Assembly: GCA_008632985.1 (NCBI GenBank)
Contig: QPGO01000041.1
Span: forward strand, 496,001 to 522,901
Origin: Psammoneis japonica
Lineage: Eukaryota
Direction: 5' to 3'
DNA length: 26,901 nt
Part shown: piece after piece, positions 1 to 11,998 of the stretch
Position numbering within the stretch: the first letter of the stretch is position 1
Layout: the number at the start of each line of letters is the position of its first letter
Position numbers and translations under genes: made by a program
Notes under the pieces: model-generated
Databases searched by the model: none
What the model was told of the DNA's origin: nothing
Seen by the model: the letters and a program-made list of their open reading frames with translations, nothing else

Positions 1-2
1 TG

Positions 3-839
3 ATGGTTGCTTTTTACTTGCTGCTATGTGGGGATGCGATACGTGGACCCCTTTCGGACGAAACCTTTTCAGTTTCATTGGATGATTGGCTTGGTGTTCT
101 GCAGGGTGGAGGGCGTTCCACGAAGCTCGCCAAGCCTCCCTCTAGTTACCAAGTGACAGTTAACTTCATTCAAGTCTGTCGAAACTACCTTCGTTCTTAC
201 GGAGTTTGTTGGGAGGGTTTCAACGACCAAGGTTTCTTGAAGTACCTATACGAATCCGCCACCGCTTTCTACGTTTTTGGCGGCTGTCCTGTAATTGACA
301 TGGCCGGTGCTATCAGAATTTCCAGTTCAACCGGAAGTGAAATTTCCTTTGCGCCGCTTGTCATTTCTATCAAGTCACACCACTACTTTTCACCAAAGCA
401 GGCCAAGGAGGAATGCGAAAAAATGTTGAAGAAGGCGGTTGACAGCGGCATTATGCGGGCGTTGTGTCTTCTCATTGTATTTGGGTCACCAACGTTGCCG
501 GGAAAATCGTCTAGTGACGACGAATATGCCTTTAAGGGATGTGTGGCAGACAAAATCGTTGGAGACAAACCTGTAGCTTGTATTATTCGGATCCCGTACA
601 ATGATGCTTTTGGGCTCACGGATTCCTTTGTGGAGCTGACATCTTGTGGAGTTGCGGTTGCTGAGTTGTTGGCGTCACATCCTTACATTCGTGCGAATGT
701 CGGAGTGCCGGAGGTGCTTAATCCCGATTTCGCACTCCGGCGAGGACAGAAAGACACAGAAGCAACGGCAATGTTGGGAGCTCTTTCAAAAGATCTCAGA
801 AAAGAAACCAAGCCTACCACCGACCACATGAATGGGTAA
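3..839 (+). CDS. 3' portion of an apparently intact gene (likely starts upstream of the window); possible Crinkler-type protein with a degenerate PD-(D/E)xK nuclease-like C-terminal domain
   Basis: 278-codon open frame ending TAA at 837-839, with normal Tyr usage and normal TA/CG content, unlike the rest of the window. CPVIDMAGAIR...PLVISIK resembles a restriction-endonuclease-fold core. The function call is inference. Confidence 0.55.
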   Translation: MVAFYLLLCGDAIRGPLSDETFSVSLDDWLGVLQGGGRSTKLAKPPSSYQVTVNFIQVCRNYLRSYGVCWEGFNDQGFLKYLYESATAFYVFGGCPVIDMAGAIRISSSTGSEISFAPLVISIKSHHYFSPKQAKEECEKMLKKAVDSGIMRALCLLIVFGSPTLPGKSSSDDEYAFKGCVADKIVGDKPVACIIRIPYNDAFGLTDSFVELTSCGVAVAELLASHPYIRANVGVPEVLNPDFALRRGQKDTEATAMLGALSKDLRKETKPTTDHMNG

Positions 840-1696
840 GCCACTGAGCTATTTGGTTGCATGGTTACTGCATTGGCAACAGGAAGCAGTGTTATGTTAC
901 TATGATGGACGTTAAATTCTTCTCTCAGGGTTGCCTCAAGATAATTCTTCCAGAAGACGTCATAGTCTAAGTTGTTAGGAAAGCAAATGTATTGCATGTC
1001 GCATTGGATAGAGTTGACGCACTCTCTGTTTCACACAATGAAATTTGCAGGATGGACAAAACACATTTTTATGCTAAAACGATGATTCGTGTCTTTGCCA
1101 CATGCCCCAAGAAGTTGTTCTTGGATGCACACTGGAATGTGTCTCTGGCCGAGCACCCATGCTTGTGCATGGTGTTGTGTTGCAGTCTGCTTTCTTTGAT
1201 GGGAGAACAGTGCCACAGCCCCTCCCACCTGCAGAAAGGGAAGGGGAGCCAACATCACTCATTGGTTTCACACCACCTGTAAACAACCCAGCTTGAAGAT
1301 TTGGGCTGGTGGTTGGAGTGAATGATGGGGGGCAGAAAATTGTGCAGAAATTGTTGTGCAAACAGACGGGTGCCAGCAATGACACCCACCACCTCTGGGC
1401 TCCAGGTGCTGCCTGTGCATTTGAGCCCTTTTGATGACTTTGAAATGGGGTGACATTTGAGGGTTGCACTGGATTTTTTGACACCTGTTTGCCATCTAAA
1501 AAGAGTTGCCCTATGTTGGCACCAAAGTGATCCAAGAAATGAGGCTCACAAATTTGACAGCAATCGTGTGCTGTCAGTGTCACAATGAGAAAGTGGCTGG
1601 AAAAGTTTGTGCAAATTCAAACAGTGACATTAAATGAGCTGACAAGCTGGTGTCATTTTGGTGCCACCTTTTCTCAAAAAGGAAAAAAAATGATTT

Positions 1697-2422
1697 GTGT
1701 CAATGCAGTGCTCTTTCTTTTGGGGGTGCAGCATTTGCAAGAAAAACCATTGCAATGGTGACAGGCAAATGAGGCAGAAGCAAAGGGGGTGCAAGGAGCA
1801 GCATTGGTGGCAGGTCAAAGAAGGGGAAAAATGCAAGGAAGCCAATGTTGCAAATCACCCTCCCCAGCCACCACTGCCAGAAGAAGTGCCAACACCAATG
1901 CCAACATGTGACAATGATGCTGACAACCAAGAAGAAGACTTGTTTGAGATTGAAGAGGCTGGCATCACTTTGGACTCCATGTTGGAAGACAGAGATGAAC
2001 TGCCAAACCAGCTCTGTTGCTCAGACACAAGAGAATTGCAATCACCAGCTGCTTCAAAGTTCTTGGTGCACCAGAGAATGAAAACTCAGGGAAAGTTCAC
2101 AACAGGATGGTTTCTGCAATCAGAAACATGCTCAAGCTTCCTGAGGGCGCTGATGTCACTCCTGTCTTTTATGCCCTTTTGGGGTGCCAACAAAAGAGCA
2201 TGCTGCATGATGGAGAACACAGGATCATTGCATGCAGCAATTCACACAGCAACAGGAGGGCTTCAGCCAATGAGCGTGGAGGGTGGTCAGATTGCTGCAG
2301 ACACACAAGAAGATGAACTCAGCTCTTCTCAAAGCCAGCATGCTGTCAACCATCATTGCAGAGAATTGGGTGAACAAGACAGTGTGACAAAGTCAGATGT
2401 CTTTTCATTTGTGAGGCAATGA
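1697..2422 (+). pseudogene. Possible degenerate gene remnant of unknown function
   Basis: Pro-rich and acidic protein-like stretch (HPPQPPLPEEVPTP...DNDADNQEEDLFEIEE). No Tyr and excess Cys/His/Gln. ORF length alone is uninformative in TA-depleted DNA. Confidence 0.25.
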
Positions 2423-2804
2423 AAGCCAAAATTGTCAAATTGAAACCACAAGCCAAGGAAATTGTGACTCTTTTCACACTTCTTGCGGATCGACATTGCG
2501 TCCTGTCGAACCGTCTTCTGATGACATCGCGGTGTGCTCTTTCTCAAACGCAATGATTGTGAGTCGTCACAAAAAAAATCTGTGCTGTGCAGCAACCTCC
2601 ACCAGCCACAAACAAAAAGAAAAAAGCGCAACATCTCAGATCAAAACAAACGTCATTCAAAAAATGGCGAACATGACAATCATCCGTCCATTGTAAAACA
2701 ATGAGAAAGTGCAACTGCAACAACACAAAAAATGTGCAGATCAGGTTACAAAACTGTTTTGAAGCCACGCCACCCACTGATCAGCAGGGGAGCCCTGCAG
2801 CAGC

Positions 2805-3321
2805 CCAATTCCTTGCAGGATGACAAAATGCCAAAGACGTGCTCAAGTCCAAAAAAACTCTTCAGGCGAAGCATGTGGTCAAAGATCTGACCTTGCACAC
2901 AAGGATTTTGCAGCGCTCTGTCATTCCCCAGCTTCTTGACTTCCACCATGCCTGTGAGACTTCCTCCCATGCCAACTGTCCAAATGTCAGGCTGAAGGTC
3001 AAAAATGCTTGGCTCGTTGAAACACTTGACTTGACCCTGCAGACCTGCAGTGTAAATGACCAACTGCAAAATTTGCTTCACGAGACCTTGAACATCGCTT
3101 TCAATCCCCCAATTGTTTGATTCACCATTGATTTCATGGCCAAGCCATAGATGCGAGTTGTCCTGTCCACACAGACTTTCGTCCAGAAGCACTCGGAAGT
3201 CACGCTCAACCATCAAGGCATCGTCGTGCTTCTCCTTTGAAACGCTGCCTTTCGATTTCGACCCCGAGCGCCTGCCGAGAGGCGGAACACCATCCTGAAA
3301 GAATGTTTTCATTGTTGCCAA
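2805..3321 (-). pseudogene. Truncated pseudogene of a PD-(D/E)xK restriction-endonuclease-fold protein (Crinkler-associated type)
   Basis: FDLQPDIW...GMVEVKK...GQIFDHM...VFGILSSCKE matches a PD...ExK...Q(IFD)Y...GILS(S/T)Y pattern with the Tyr positions reading His/Cys. Resemblance stops abruptly near 2805. Confidence 0.65.
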
Positions 3322-6300
3322 AGGATGAACTCAGCTTTGCTTTCAGCTCAGACAGGTCAGTGAGGCCGTCGTGCCAGCCAGTCTGTCTGTCCATCAGTGC
3401 GTTTTCAGTTTTCTCTGGAGACCCACCCAGTTTACAACAACCCAAAACTTGTGATCACTTGAGGAGTTTTCCCTGGCTTGAAGAACACATGAAATTGAAG
3501 GGAAAATTGTGACCTGGGTTCATTGGGATTGAGAAAGGATTCCAATCTTGTGCCATGTCAGCACAACCTGGATTTGCAGGCAACCTAAAATGCTTTGGGA
3601 GGGGGGGGGGGGACTCAGGACACGTTTCAACTTTCTCCCTTTCTGAGAACAAAGTGGCACAGATGCAACATTCTTGCCAACAGCTGTCAACATGTGGAAA
3701 ACCCAAAGGAGCTGTCATCAACCATTGTGTGGTTTGAAGTGACCAACGCTGATGTCATCTTGCAGACAGCAGCAGCCACCGCTGCACCAGTCAGCAGAGC
3801 AAGGAAAATGATGCAAGGGCTGTTGTTGGTTGGCTTGACTCTGTCTGCCAAAGGACAGACATCCAATGTTTCCTGTTTGTTGCTTGACTGGCTCATGCTC
3901 CTGCAGGCTCAAGTTCAAGAAACATGCTGGCGTGTCATTCATCTCAATGGAAAAATCTTCAACATCCACGATTTGGGACAATTTCATGCACGCCAAATTG
4001 CAGCCTTTTTGGCAAACATTTGGCCCATCATCTGTCCATCACATCATGGATTTTCATGACCCCTCAACCTTTTTCACCCCAACACAGCATGGCACAATGG
4101 TGCTGTTACACCGTCACAATTTTGAGCACAATGGAAGGTGAGGCATTGGTTGCTGACAATTGCGTTGGTCTTTTTTGATGCTCCAAAGGCTTGAAGAATG
4201 TGTCGTTGGTGAACAATGCCCCACCTTCTTTTGTCATGAAAATGCCATCTCTTTTTTGCCGTGGTTGCACCACATGTCAAGCATTGCACAATCTTGCAAG
4301 CAATGACAAGGTGTGCACATCTCTGTGTGATTCAAGTGCTCGACATTTGATTTTCCAATTTTCTCAGAGTGTTGCAATCTCAACCGATTCCATGGCATTT
4401 GACACCCACTGACTCACTTGGGCAGAAGTTTCACTCTCAACATTGGGTGGAACATCACCACATTCTTTGAAATCATCCTCTTCTTCAACCTCTTCTTCAG
4501 ATGAGGACTCAGCTGCCAGCACAGTTGTCATGGTGAAGAACAGTGCTCTGCGCTTCAGCGTTGGAGGCAGAAATGAAATTCTCACACTGCACGTAATTTC
4601 AGCACTGAAACATGCACAAAAAAAAAAAACAGCAAAAAATGCACAGGCCAACTCACATGCACAAAATGGGGTTGATGTGGTGGCCCTTTATGCCAGTCTG
4701 TTTCTTGAACTTGAGCCCACATGACTGGCTGTCACCAATGCCTCCATCAGCTAAAATGGTCATTCTTTGTTGTCATTGCAGCAACAACTGGCAGACAGTC
4801 AAAGGAAGCAACCCTCCCACCCACCCTGGGAGCCCACATGGCTGCCAGGATCCCAGCCAGTGACTGAGTCTGGAGCTTGAGCTTTGCAGATGGACCTCTG
4901 CCACCAACCAGTTTGGAGCTTGAGCCAGCAAGCTGTGTGGTTTGAATTGGCAACCCCCCACCCCCCATGACAAAAAACTTGTTGGTCAGCACAGGTGACA
5001 TTGACATGTTCATTGCATGGCAGGTGCACTGCAACATGTGGTGTGTGTGGTGATTGCATCAGGCAGATGGGTGGGTGTTCACTGCCTGTTAACATCAGGG
5101 CACGCATGCATCATCTGTTGGGTCAGGCATGCTGTGGTGGATTTTGTGCATGGCTGTGGGTGCTCAACATTGCCAACTGTTGTTGCAAATCTGAAAAAAT
5201 TGACAACAATGAACCCCAAAGACACACCAGCACCAACTGACAGTGTGGTGGCAGAGGGCACTGCCCATTGCCAGTGCATCTGATGCACCTGCCACTTCAG
5301 CAACAATGACATGGCTGTTGCTGCCGCACAGACAATGCATGTTGCAGCTGCCCCAGCCATGCAAAGGCACAGCCAAGGTCATTGCCCACAAGGATGGCCT
5401 CATTCTGCTTGTCCTGTGGAACCAAGTGAAGGAGTTTGGGGAATCAACCTTCTTCTAAAGCACAACTGTGCAATGGTCAAAAAGAGATGGAAAAAATGCA
5501 AAGTCTGGGGTTGCTGGCAATGTCGTTCCACTTGTTGCGTGCAATCAAACAGGTGAAATTGGAGGAGTGGGGCAACCTGCTTCTGAATCACAACTGTGCA
5601 ATGGCAGAAAGGAATGGGTGCAAGCATTTGGAAGCTCCTGCCATTCCAGTGTCTGTCAGTCAAAAAATGCATGTGAAACCAGGTGCACCCAGTGAGCCAC
5701 CAAAGGACATGGTGTGTTGGTGCTGGTGCCATGAAGAGCATCAAGAATTGCACACTGATGACAATGATGAGAAAATGAAGGGGGTAAAAAGGAGGCACCC
5801 ACAAAGGGGCAGAGAAGCTCCTGAAGGCCCCCAGCCAGCACAACAGCCCAGCCCGTGTTGGCCTGAACAGGTGTGACTTAAAGTTTGTGGAAGATGCAGA
5901 AGGCAAGCTGCATTGATGGTGCCAGAATCATCTTCATTTGAGGAAGGCAAGGGCAAAACCTTCAGTGTCACAAGTGGGCACCCCAGAAAACTGAGTGAGG
6001 CATTTGATCAGAAGCAGATGCCCCATCTTTGGGCACACATTGCAGCAAATCTTCAGCTGAGTTGGTGCATGTCATTGCTGTCGAAGGTTTGTTGTCTCAC
6101 CACATGTTGCTCAAGCACAGCAAGGAGTCACAGAGGGGGCAAGGTGGTGGGCATCAGGGTCTTTTTGATGCAAACCCAGTGCACTTTGCTCAAGACCTGT
6201 GGTGGAACACTTGCTTTGAAGGTCTCAAAGAGCATGACACATTTTGCTTTTTGTGCTTTGTGGAGGTCATTGTGGCTGCCTCCCACCCTTTGAGAGCTTT

Positions 6301-7753
6301 GAAGTTGGCAGCTGAGTCATTGGATTGGATCTTGATGTCAGCTGCCTGAGGAACAAGGGCAAAATCATTGGTGCACACCGGGTGCCACAAGTCCAGCACC
6401 ACAGAGGAGCCCCCCAGCAGTGGTTTGTAGCCACAGTCAGATCAGCTCCATCCAGACAAGCAGCTGTTTGTTCCCTGCCTTTGAAGACAACAGCATTTTG
6501 ATGCAGCATGTTAACACTTGCCCTCTGGAGTTGCTTTTTGGGCCCAAACTTTGTTTTGAGGCTTTGAGTCTCAGCAACTTTCTTGGATGCCCCCAGTCCA
6601 CCAAAAATCAAGACAAAGGAAGCCTTTTCTGCTTGAACAGTTTGACAGGAGCAATGATGAAGCTGGATTGTCAACGTCAGACAGAGGCACACAGCCCAAG
6701 CAAAATGGAACAAGCAATCAAAGGAAACATGAAAAAACATGAGCACTGCAGGTCCTGTCGTGTTGGTCTGTTGATCGGCACAGGCTTGCTTTGGCACATG
6801 CGGTCTGTCCATCAGCATGTCCAAGCTGTGGTGAAAAGTGCAGGCCTTTGGATCAGTTGAATTGGCAAAAGCACCAGGGCTTTGCCAGGCTGGCATTTGG
6901 CGAGTGCCTTCTGGAGGTCATTGGCAGCATGGTGCATGGGGGCAGCATTTGATGTGTGCTGTCAGGTTGTTGGTGATGATGGGAGCAGCAGGTGCTTGCA
7001 TGGTGGGTGGAGCTGTTTGACAAGTTCCACACCATCAGGAGCAAGGGATGCAGCAGGAAGGGAAGAAGCAACTCAAGTGCAGGTGGCAGAGAGGTTGTTG
7101 TTGACATTGGCAGCAATTTGGGTGGAGTGAATGCAGGATGAGCTGTCAAAGTCAGGGGGCTCCTCAGACAGTGTCAGACACATCTGGGATGGGAACAGAA
7201 TGTGACTCATCACAGAGGGTGCACATGGAGCCATTGTGGAAGAGAAAAAATGTTGTGTGATGGTTGTTGAAATCCAAATGTTGGAGTCCTTGGGGCTTGG
7301 GCAGAGGATGAGGGATTCAAAAGAAAGAGAAGCTTGAAAAAAGGTTCTGAAAAGATGTCTTCCAGGGTCAAGGTGGGTCATCGGCACAGTCAAAGGACTG
7401 GGAAGAACTGACAGTTCATTGGATGAGGTGGTGAAGAGTGAGGACAACTTGAAAGCAGGAGGAAGGAGGCAATTCATGCCAAATGGAGGCACGGAAAGGT
7501 GGTGGTGGTGTGGAAGGGCCAGCAAATGGATGGAGTCATTGAAGGGAAGCTGTCCATTCAGACAGCTCTTGGCATGGGCAGGATGATGCAATGAGTTGGA
7601 TGTTGGTGGCCATGCCAGGTGCATGGTGGGTGTTGCAAATGTGAGTGTGCAGGCAGGTGTCTCAAAGGCATGTCTTTTTGGTGGTGCATTGACGGTGACG
7701 GCATGGGTGCAGATTGTGTTGCTGGAAGAAAGAGTCGGGCATGGATCACAAGC

Positions 7754-7770
7754 TGCAATCTTTGTGCACA
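7754..7770. repeat. Left 17-bp target-site duplication of the non-LTR retrotransposon (TGCAATCTTTGTGCACA)
   Basis: Exact copy at 18447-18463; the two copies bracket ORF1 and ORF2. Confidence 0.9.
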
Positions 7771-7896
7771 AAAAAAACCAAATCAATTGTTTTAAGTGCT
7801 GTTGCACCTTTGCCCAGCAACACCGGCTCCGGCCAACCCACACTTCCAGTGCACCCCACTTGGAGGTGTGGCAGAAGTGCATGCAATTAGCCTGAA

Positions 7897-10769
7897 TCAG
7901 CATCTCCCGGAGGAGAACGCCCAATGGAAATAACTGGCAATGGTGCATGTGCTACAAGTCACTGGCCTCTTGACTTCCTTGAGGCTTTCCTTGAGTCTGG
8001 GATCTGGGCTTGATCACAGAAATCCAATTTTGTGTGCATGTTGCAGCAAAGGTCTCATGTTCTGCCACGGAATCAAGCAGAACATCTCAGTCTTTTGCCA
8101 AGTGTTCCTGACATTTGTTGCACACAGCTGTCAGTTCGGCCTCCACTTTGCATCTCTGAGAAGATTGTCTGGTTTCTACATCATGGCCGTGGACGTGCTT
8201 GTTGTGCTCTTCCCCCACAATTCCCGCCATTGTTGCCAGACAAACGTTCCCATCTGTGCTGTCCAGTTTGGTGGTTGTTTGTTCTCCTCCTGGCACTGAC
8301 AAAGGATCCCAGAATCTTGCAGTTGTCCAGATTGATTGACATTTTCCACAGAGAGGAATGCCTTCTGCTAAACACTTGCCCCCACCCCACGTTGGATTGA
8401 GCTTGCCACAGAACTCTGCATCTGCAATCAATGTCTTCAAGATGCGCCATCTTGCTGTTAAACCATGCTTCAATGGACTGCAACAAGAAATCCCGAAGGG
8501 TTGGCATGTTGTTGATTCGGTCACAATGCCTCCTTAGACCTTGTAGAAACTTTCTGTGCCATGGTTTGTCATGCGGACAGTGGAGCATGTGGTCCCCATC
8601 TTCCATGGGATGCTCACAATGAAGACACTGGTGAGGTCTTGCTGAATTGCAATGGCGGATGATCTCATTAGTGAGGAGAAGATCGTGAACCAGCTTGACT
8701 GTTCCAACGTGTTGCTTGGAATGATGTTTTATGAGGAAGGCATGAGCATCCCAATCCATCAGCTCCGTCACCTCTGGACTCCACTGACTGCATTCAACAA
8801 TGCACTGCAGCAGCTGTGGGGCGGTGGCCGCATGTCTGACATGATGTTCACAACCTGCGGTCAACGTGCCATCTGGAAGACTCAAACACGAGTGACAGTT
8901 TGGAAAGGGCAGCACCATTGTGGCATCCCAAGGGTGCTGGCCTTGGCATGCCCCTGCCAATCGATCCGCTCGGACGTTTGCTCTAGCATTGAGGGGCAGG
9001 GCATGAATTGGAGCATGCCAATCTTGATGGCCCTTCACTCATTTGACTGGCAGTGGCTGTGTGAAAGAGCCAGTTACAAATGTCCTCTCCATCTCAAGCC
9101 GAGTGTGCAGTGTCTCATCAATGACATCCCAGTCAGGAGACATGCTGTTGGCTCCAGGATGTCTGACATGAAAATCTCTTGTTTCATCCAATTGTTCCTC
9201 TGAGATTGGAGCTGGAAGGATTGTGGTGAGTTGATCAAGACAAGACACCAAAGCTTTGTTGTCACAGTGTGATTCCATCTCTGGAAGCTGTTCCACTCTG
9301 CAATGTTCCATGAACCAGCAAATGAATTGAAGGAGGGACAAAATGCCACAAGCCTCTGCCCGGCATGACGACGGTCTTCTGCCAAAGACTGGTCCTGCAC
9401 AATCCACCAGTGGTGCACCGTCCAGGGTGATTGTCTACCCAAAGGCAGCTCCATCTTTGATGGATCCATCACTGCCAGCTGTTAACTTTGATGACACAAA
9501 ACATTGGATTGGCATTTGCGGTGGTGAGTGAAAGTCCAGTTGGTCAAACAACTTCTCTTTCCACTGGCCCAGCAAGTGCAGTTTGTCTTGGAACATGTCT
9601 GGGATCCTGGAGCTCAGGAAGTCTGATGATGAAGTGTGGGGCAGAGCAAATGCCCATCAACCATCTTCTGTTGTTGACAGTTCTGCCGGAAAAGACTCTT
9701 CAGACGGGGCCGGAACTGTCTCCAACTCTGTGACAGAGTTGGTCCTCATGCCATTCACTTGAAAAATTTGACATCCGTTGGTTGATCTAACACACAGTTG
9801 CTCTTCAGAAGGAGAGAAGTGTGCTGAGGCTTGCATGCACATCTGAGATGGAGGCACTGACCAATTGCCAAGAGGTTCCTTGAGAGTGTGTGATGCCGAA
9901 GACACAGAGAGGCACAGAACTTGCGCCACGTGGTCCAGGCTCTTGTTCCTGGTTTTTGCTGTTCAACGTTGTTCAAGGAGCTGGAGTTGCTCTGAAGCAA
10001 CGGGTCTCCTGCTGTTTTCGTAGCCTCCAATGTCAAGCCATCTGCAAGAGCAATGTCAGACACTGACAACACCTGAACATGCAGTCGACAGCAATTCATC
10101 CATCTGACTTCTCTGTGAGAGAAGAGTTGGGACTGGAGCACAATGTCCATGATGCACTGATTGTCATCACGTTGAAGGGAAAAATGCCGGAATGAGTCAA
10201 ATGTGCTTTTCCTTGAATTCTGTGTGGAGAAAAACATGAACGGAGGCAAACCAACAAGATTCCACATGCGGGAGTTCTGCACCTGCATCCCACAGAAAGC
10301 TTTCTCCGGTTTCTGAGTTCAGTTGGATCCATGACACTGCAATGTGCAGCAGTTTGTGTGGTTGATCCTCTCCCAGATTTAATTTGGTGACTCCTCTGGA
10401 ATGCTTCAGTGACATTTGCAGTTGAGCAACGCCTTGCTCTGCATCCAATGATCGAAAACCTCTGCCTCCCAGGGCTTGGGGACCGCACAAGATGAATCTT
10501 TTTGCACTTTGATTGCACCCACATTTGGCAAAAATAATTCCCATGGCTTTCTGTTGAACTGCAAGCAACTCTTTGGGAAGGAAGGTTGAGTTTGGAAAAA
10601 TGCAAGTCATCGAAGAAAGGCAGCAAGCGTGGTGGCATCTCCATGTTTCAATGTGATTGAAGTGACAGGATCTAAGGAAGAGGGCCGCAGCATCACTCTT
10701 GTGTTGGAGTTTCTTCAATTGGGTCTTCTGGGAACCGATTGGAGCCATGCAGTGTCCAAGAGTTTTGTG
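7897..10769 (-). pseudogene. ORF2 3' half: RT C-terminal region, RNase H and CCHC zinc knuckle
   Basis: HKTLGHCMAP; SDGSIKDGAAFG (~9470); PSSCRAEACG (=SSYRAEAYG); CDNKALV; VKGHQD...NVRADRLA; CLHCEHPMEDGDHMLHC; QSNVGWGQVF; terminal TIASYF then TGA at 7897-7899. Confidence 0.85.
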
Positions 10770-10774
10770 CAGTG

Positions 10775-10853
10775 TGTTGTGGCACATGTGCTTGCATGTC
10801 ACCAGTGTGAACAACGGTTGGATGTGCAATCGCCCTTTTGTGTGCACATGACA
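10775..10853 (+). repeat. 5' LTR of the TRIM (79 bp, TGTTG...TGACA)
   Basis: 70/79 identical to 13461-13539 without gaps; all differences are transitions. Confidence 0.92.
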
Positions 10854-10863
10854 GGTTATGAGC
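10854..10863 (+). promoter_or_regulatory. Primer-binding site GGTTATGAGC (complement of the initiator tRNA-Met anticodon arm; half-tRNA priming as in Ty5/copia)
   Basis: Directly abuts the 5' LTR; complementary to GCUCAUAACC of tRNAiMet. Confidence 0.85.
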
Positions 10864-11146
10864 ATTGATTCGCTTGCCTCTGTGGCACAGCCCCGAGCCC
10901 AGGGAGTCGCCTCAAAATTGTTGAAACTACGACTCAAATTGAAATGCTTCATTCTTGTATAATTTTGTGACATTTTGCAATGTCCGCACAACGACACAGT
11001 CAGCGAATTGGACTGCACAAAATTCAGTCTATTGCCCACAACACACACACGCGATGAACAATTGCAATCGAGAAACGGATGGGTTCTCTCACACAATTTT
11101 TTAGTTTTCGATAACAAGAAAGTCATTGCAGCGTTTATCGCCAAAT

Positions 11147-11316
11147 AACTTTCAACAACTTTTTGTTGAAAGTCGTCAACTTTCAACAACTTTTTGTTGA
11201 AAGTCGTTAACTTTCAACACTTTTTTGTTGAAAGACGCAACTTTCAACAACTTTTTGTTGAAAGACGCAACTTTCAACAACTTTTTGTTGAAAGACGTAA
11301 CTTTCAACAACTTTCA
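11147..11316. repeat. Tandem array of five full plus one partial 30-31-bp hairpin units (AACTTTCAACAACTTTTTGTTGAAAGACGC)
   Basis: Direct reading; each unit contains the inverted pair CTTTCAACA / TGTTGAAAG. Confidence 0.95.
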
Positions 11317-11408
11317 ATCAACAATTCACAACGGCGGCACGAAAATCTGATTGGACAAGCGACGTCATCTAAGACATCCACGAAACACATTGCCGACACA
11401 GGGGCCCT

Positions 11409-11430
11409 CTGCAGTGGGGCCCCACTGCAG
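11409..11430. repeat. Perfect 22-bp palindrome CTGCAGTGGGGCCCCACTGCAG
   Basis: Equals its own reverse complement. Confidence 0.9.
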
Positions 11431-11870
11431 CATCGGCAGTGGAATTCCCACTTTGGAACTTTGCGCAGCAGCCAACACAATGAAGCGAGCCGACGGTGTC
11501 CCACTTTACGGCGTGATGTCTCAATGACGCTTAAACCGCATTCCCCGTTTCTTTTTTCATAATTGGGAAAAAATGCACAATGCATCCCACTGGGTTGGTC
11601 CCATTGTGTGTCATTGAGAATTGTGGATTTCTGTTTTGTTTGAAACCTCGAAGCAATTTCGAATTTGGAAAAGCGTGCACGAAGGATGCAGGTTGGTGCC
11701 ACACGTGGTGCGCAAGATGCAGCATGTTGGGACTCAGACTCGGAACTGGAAGGTGGTTCACTGCGCGGTTCAGCTTTGATTGGTGCGCACCGGCGCATCA
11801 GAAGGCGGCTCACTTGGAGCCATCGAAGGTGCTCCACTGCTGGGGACAACTAATTTCAAGAAATGAAGAA

Positions 11871-11998
11871 TTCTGAAACTGCTGCTGACGAATGTTCTGA
11901 AACTGCCATTGTGCACTCTGAAACTGCCTCCACAAACTTTGAAACCAGCACCATAAATTGTTAAACTGCTAAAACCACTGAACCAGCACTGAACTGCT
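11871..11998. repeat. Degenerate ~21-bp tandem repeat with core CTGAAACTGC
   Basis: ttctgaaactgc, ttctgaaactgc, ctctgaaactgc, tttgaaaccagc, gttaaactgc, ctgaaccagc, ctgaactgc in succession. Confidence 0.7.

Noticed and set aside
1582..2711. 14-bp direct repeat ACAATGAGAAAGTG at 1582 and 2698 as a possible TSD
   Set aside because: One such match is plausible by chance in 27 kb of biased sequence, and there are no element hallmarks between the copies.
5420..5625. Degenerate direct repeat with shared core CACAACTGTGCAATGG (5461 and 5589)
   Set aside because: Real but only two diverged copies, and I cannot link it to any structure or function.
1030..7750. Numerous overlapping 60-290-aa ORFs on both strands
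   Set aside because: Loss of TpA removes TAA/TAG stops, so long Cys/His/Gln-rich frames arise by default. No recognisable motifs apart from 2805-3321. Some may be older gene remnants, but I cannot assign them.
10197..11189. 330-aa ORF (and 13225..13764) as intact genes
   Set aside because: Chimeric read-throughs crossing the LINE/TRIM/TIR junctions; the shared KGxLHIQPLFTLVTCKH peptide is just the LTR read antisense.
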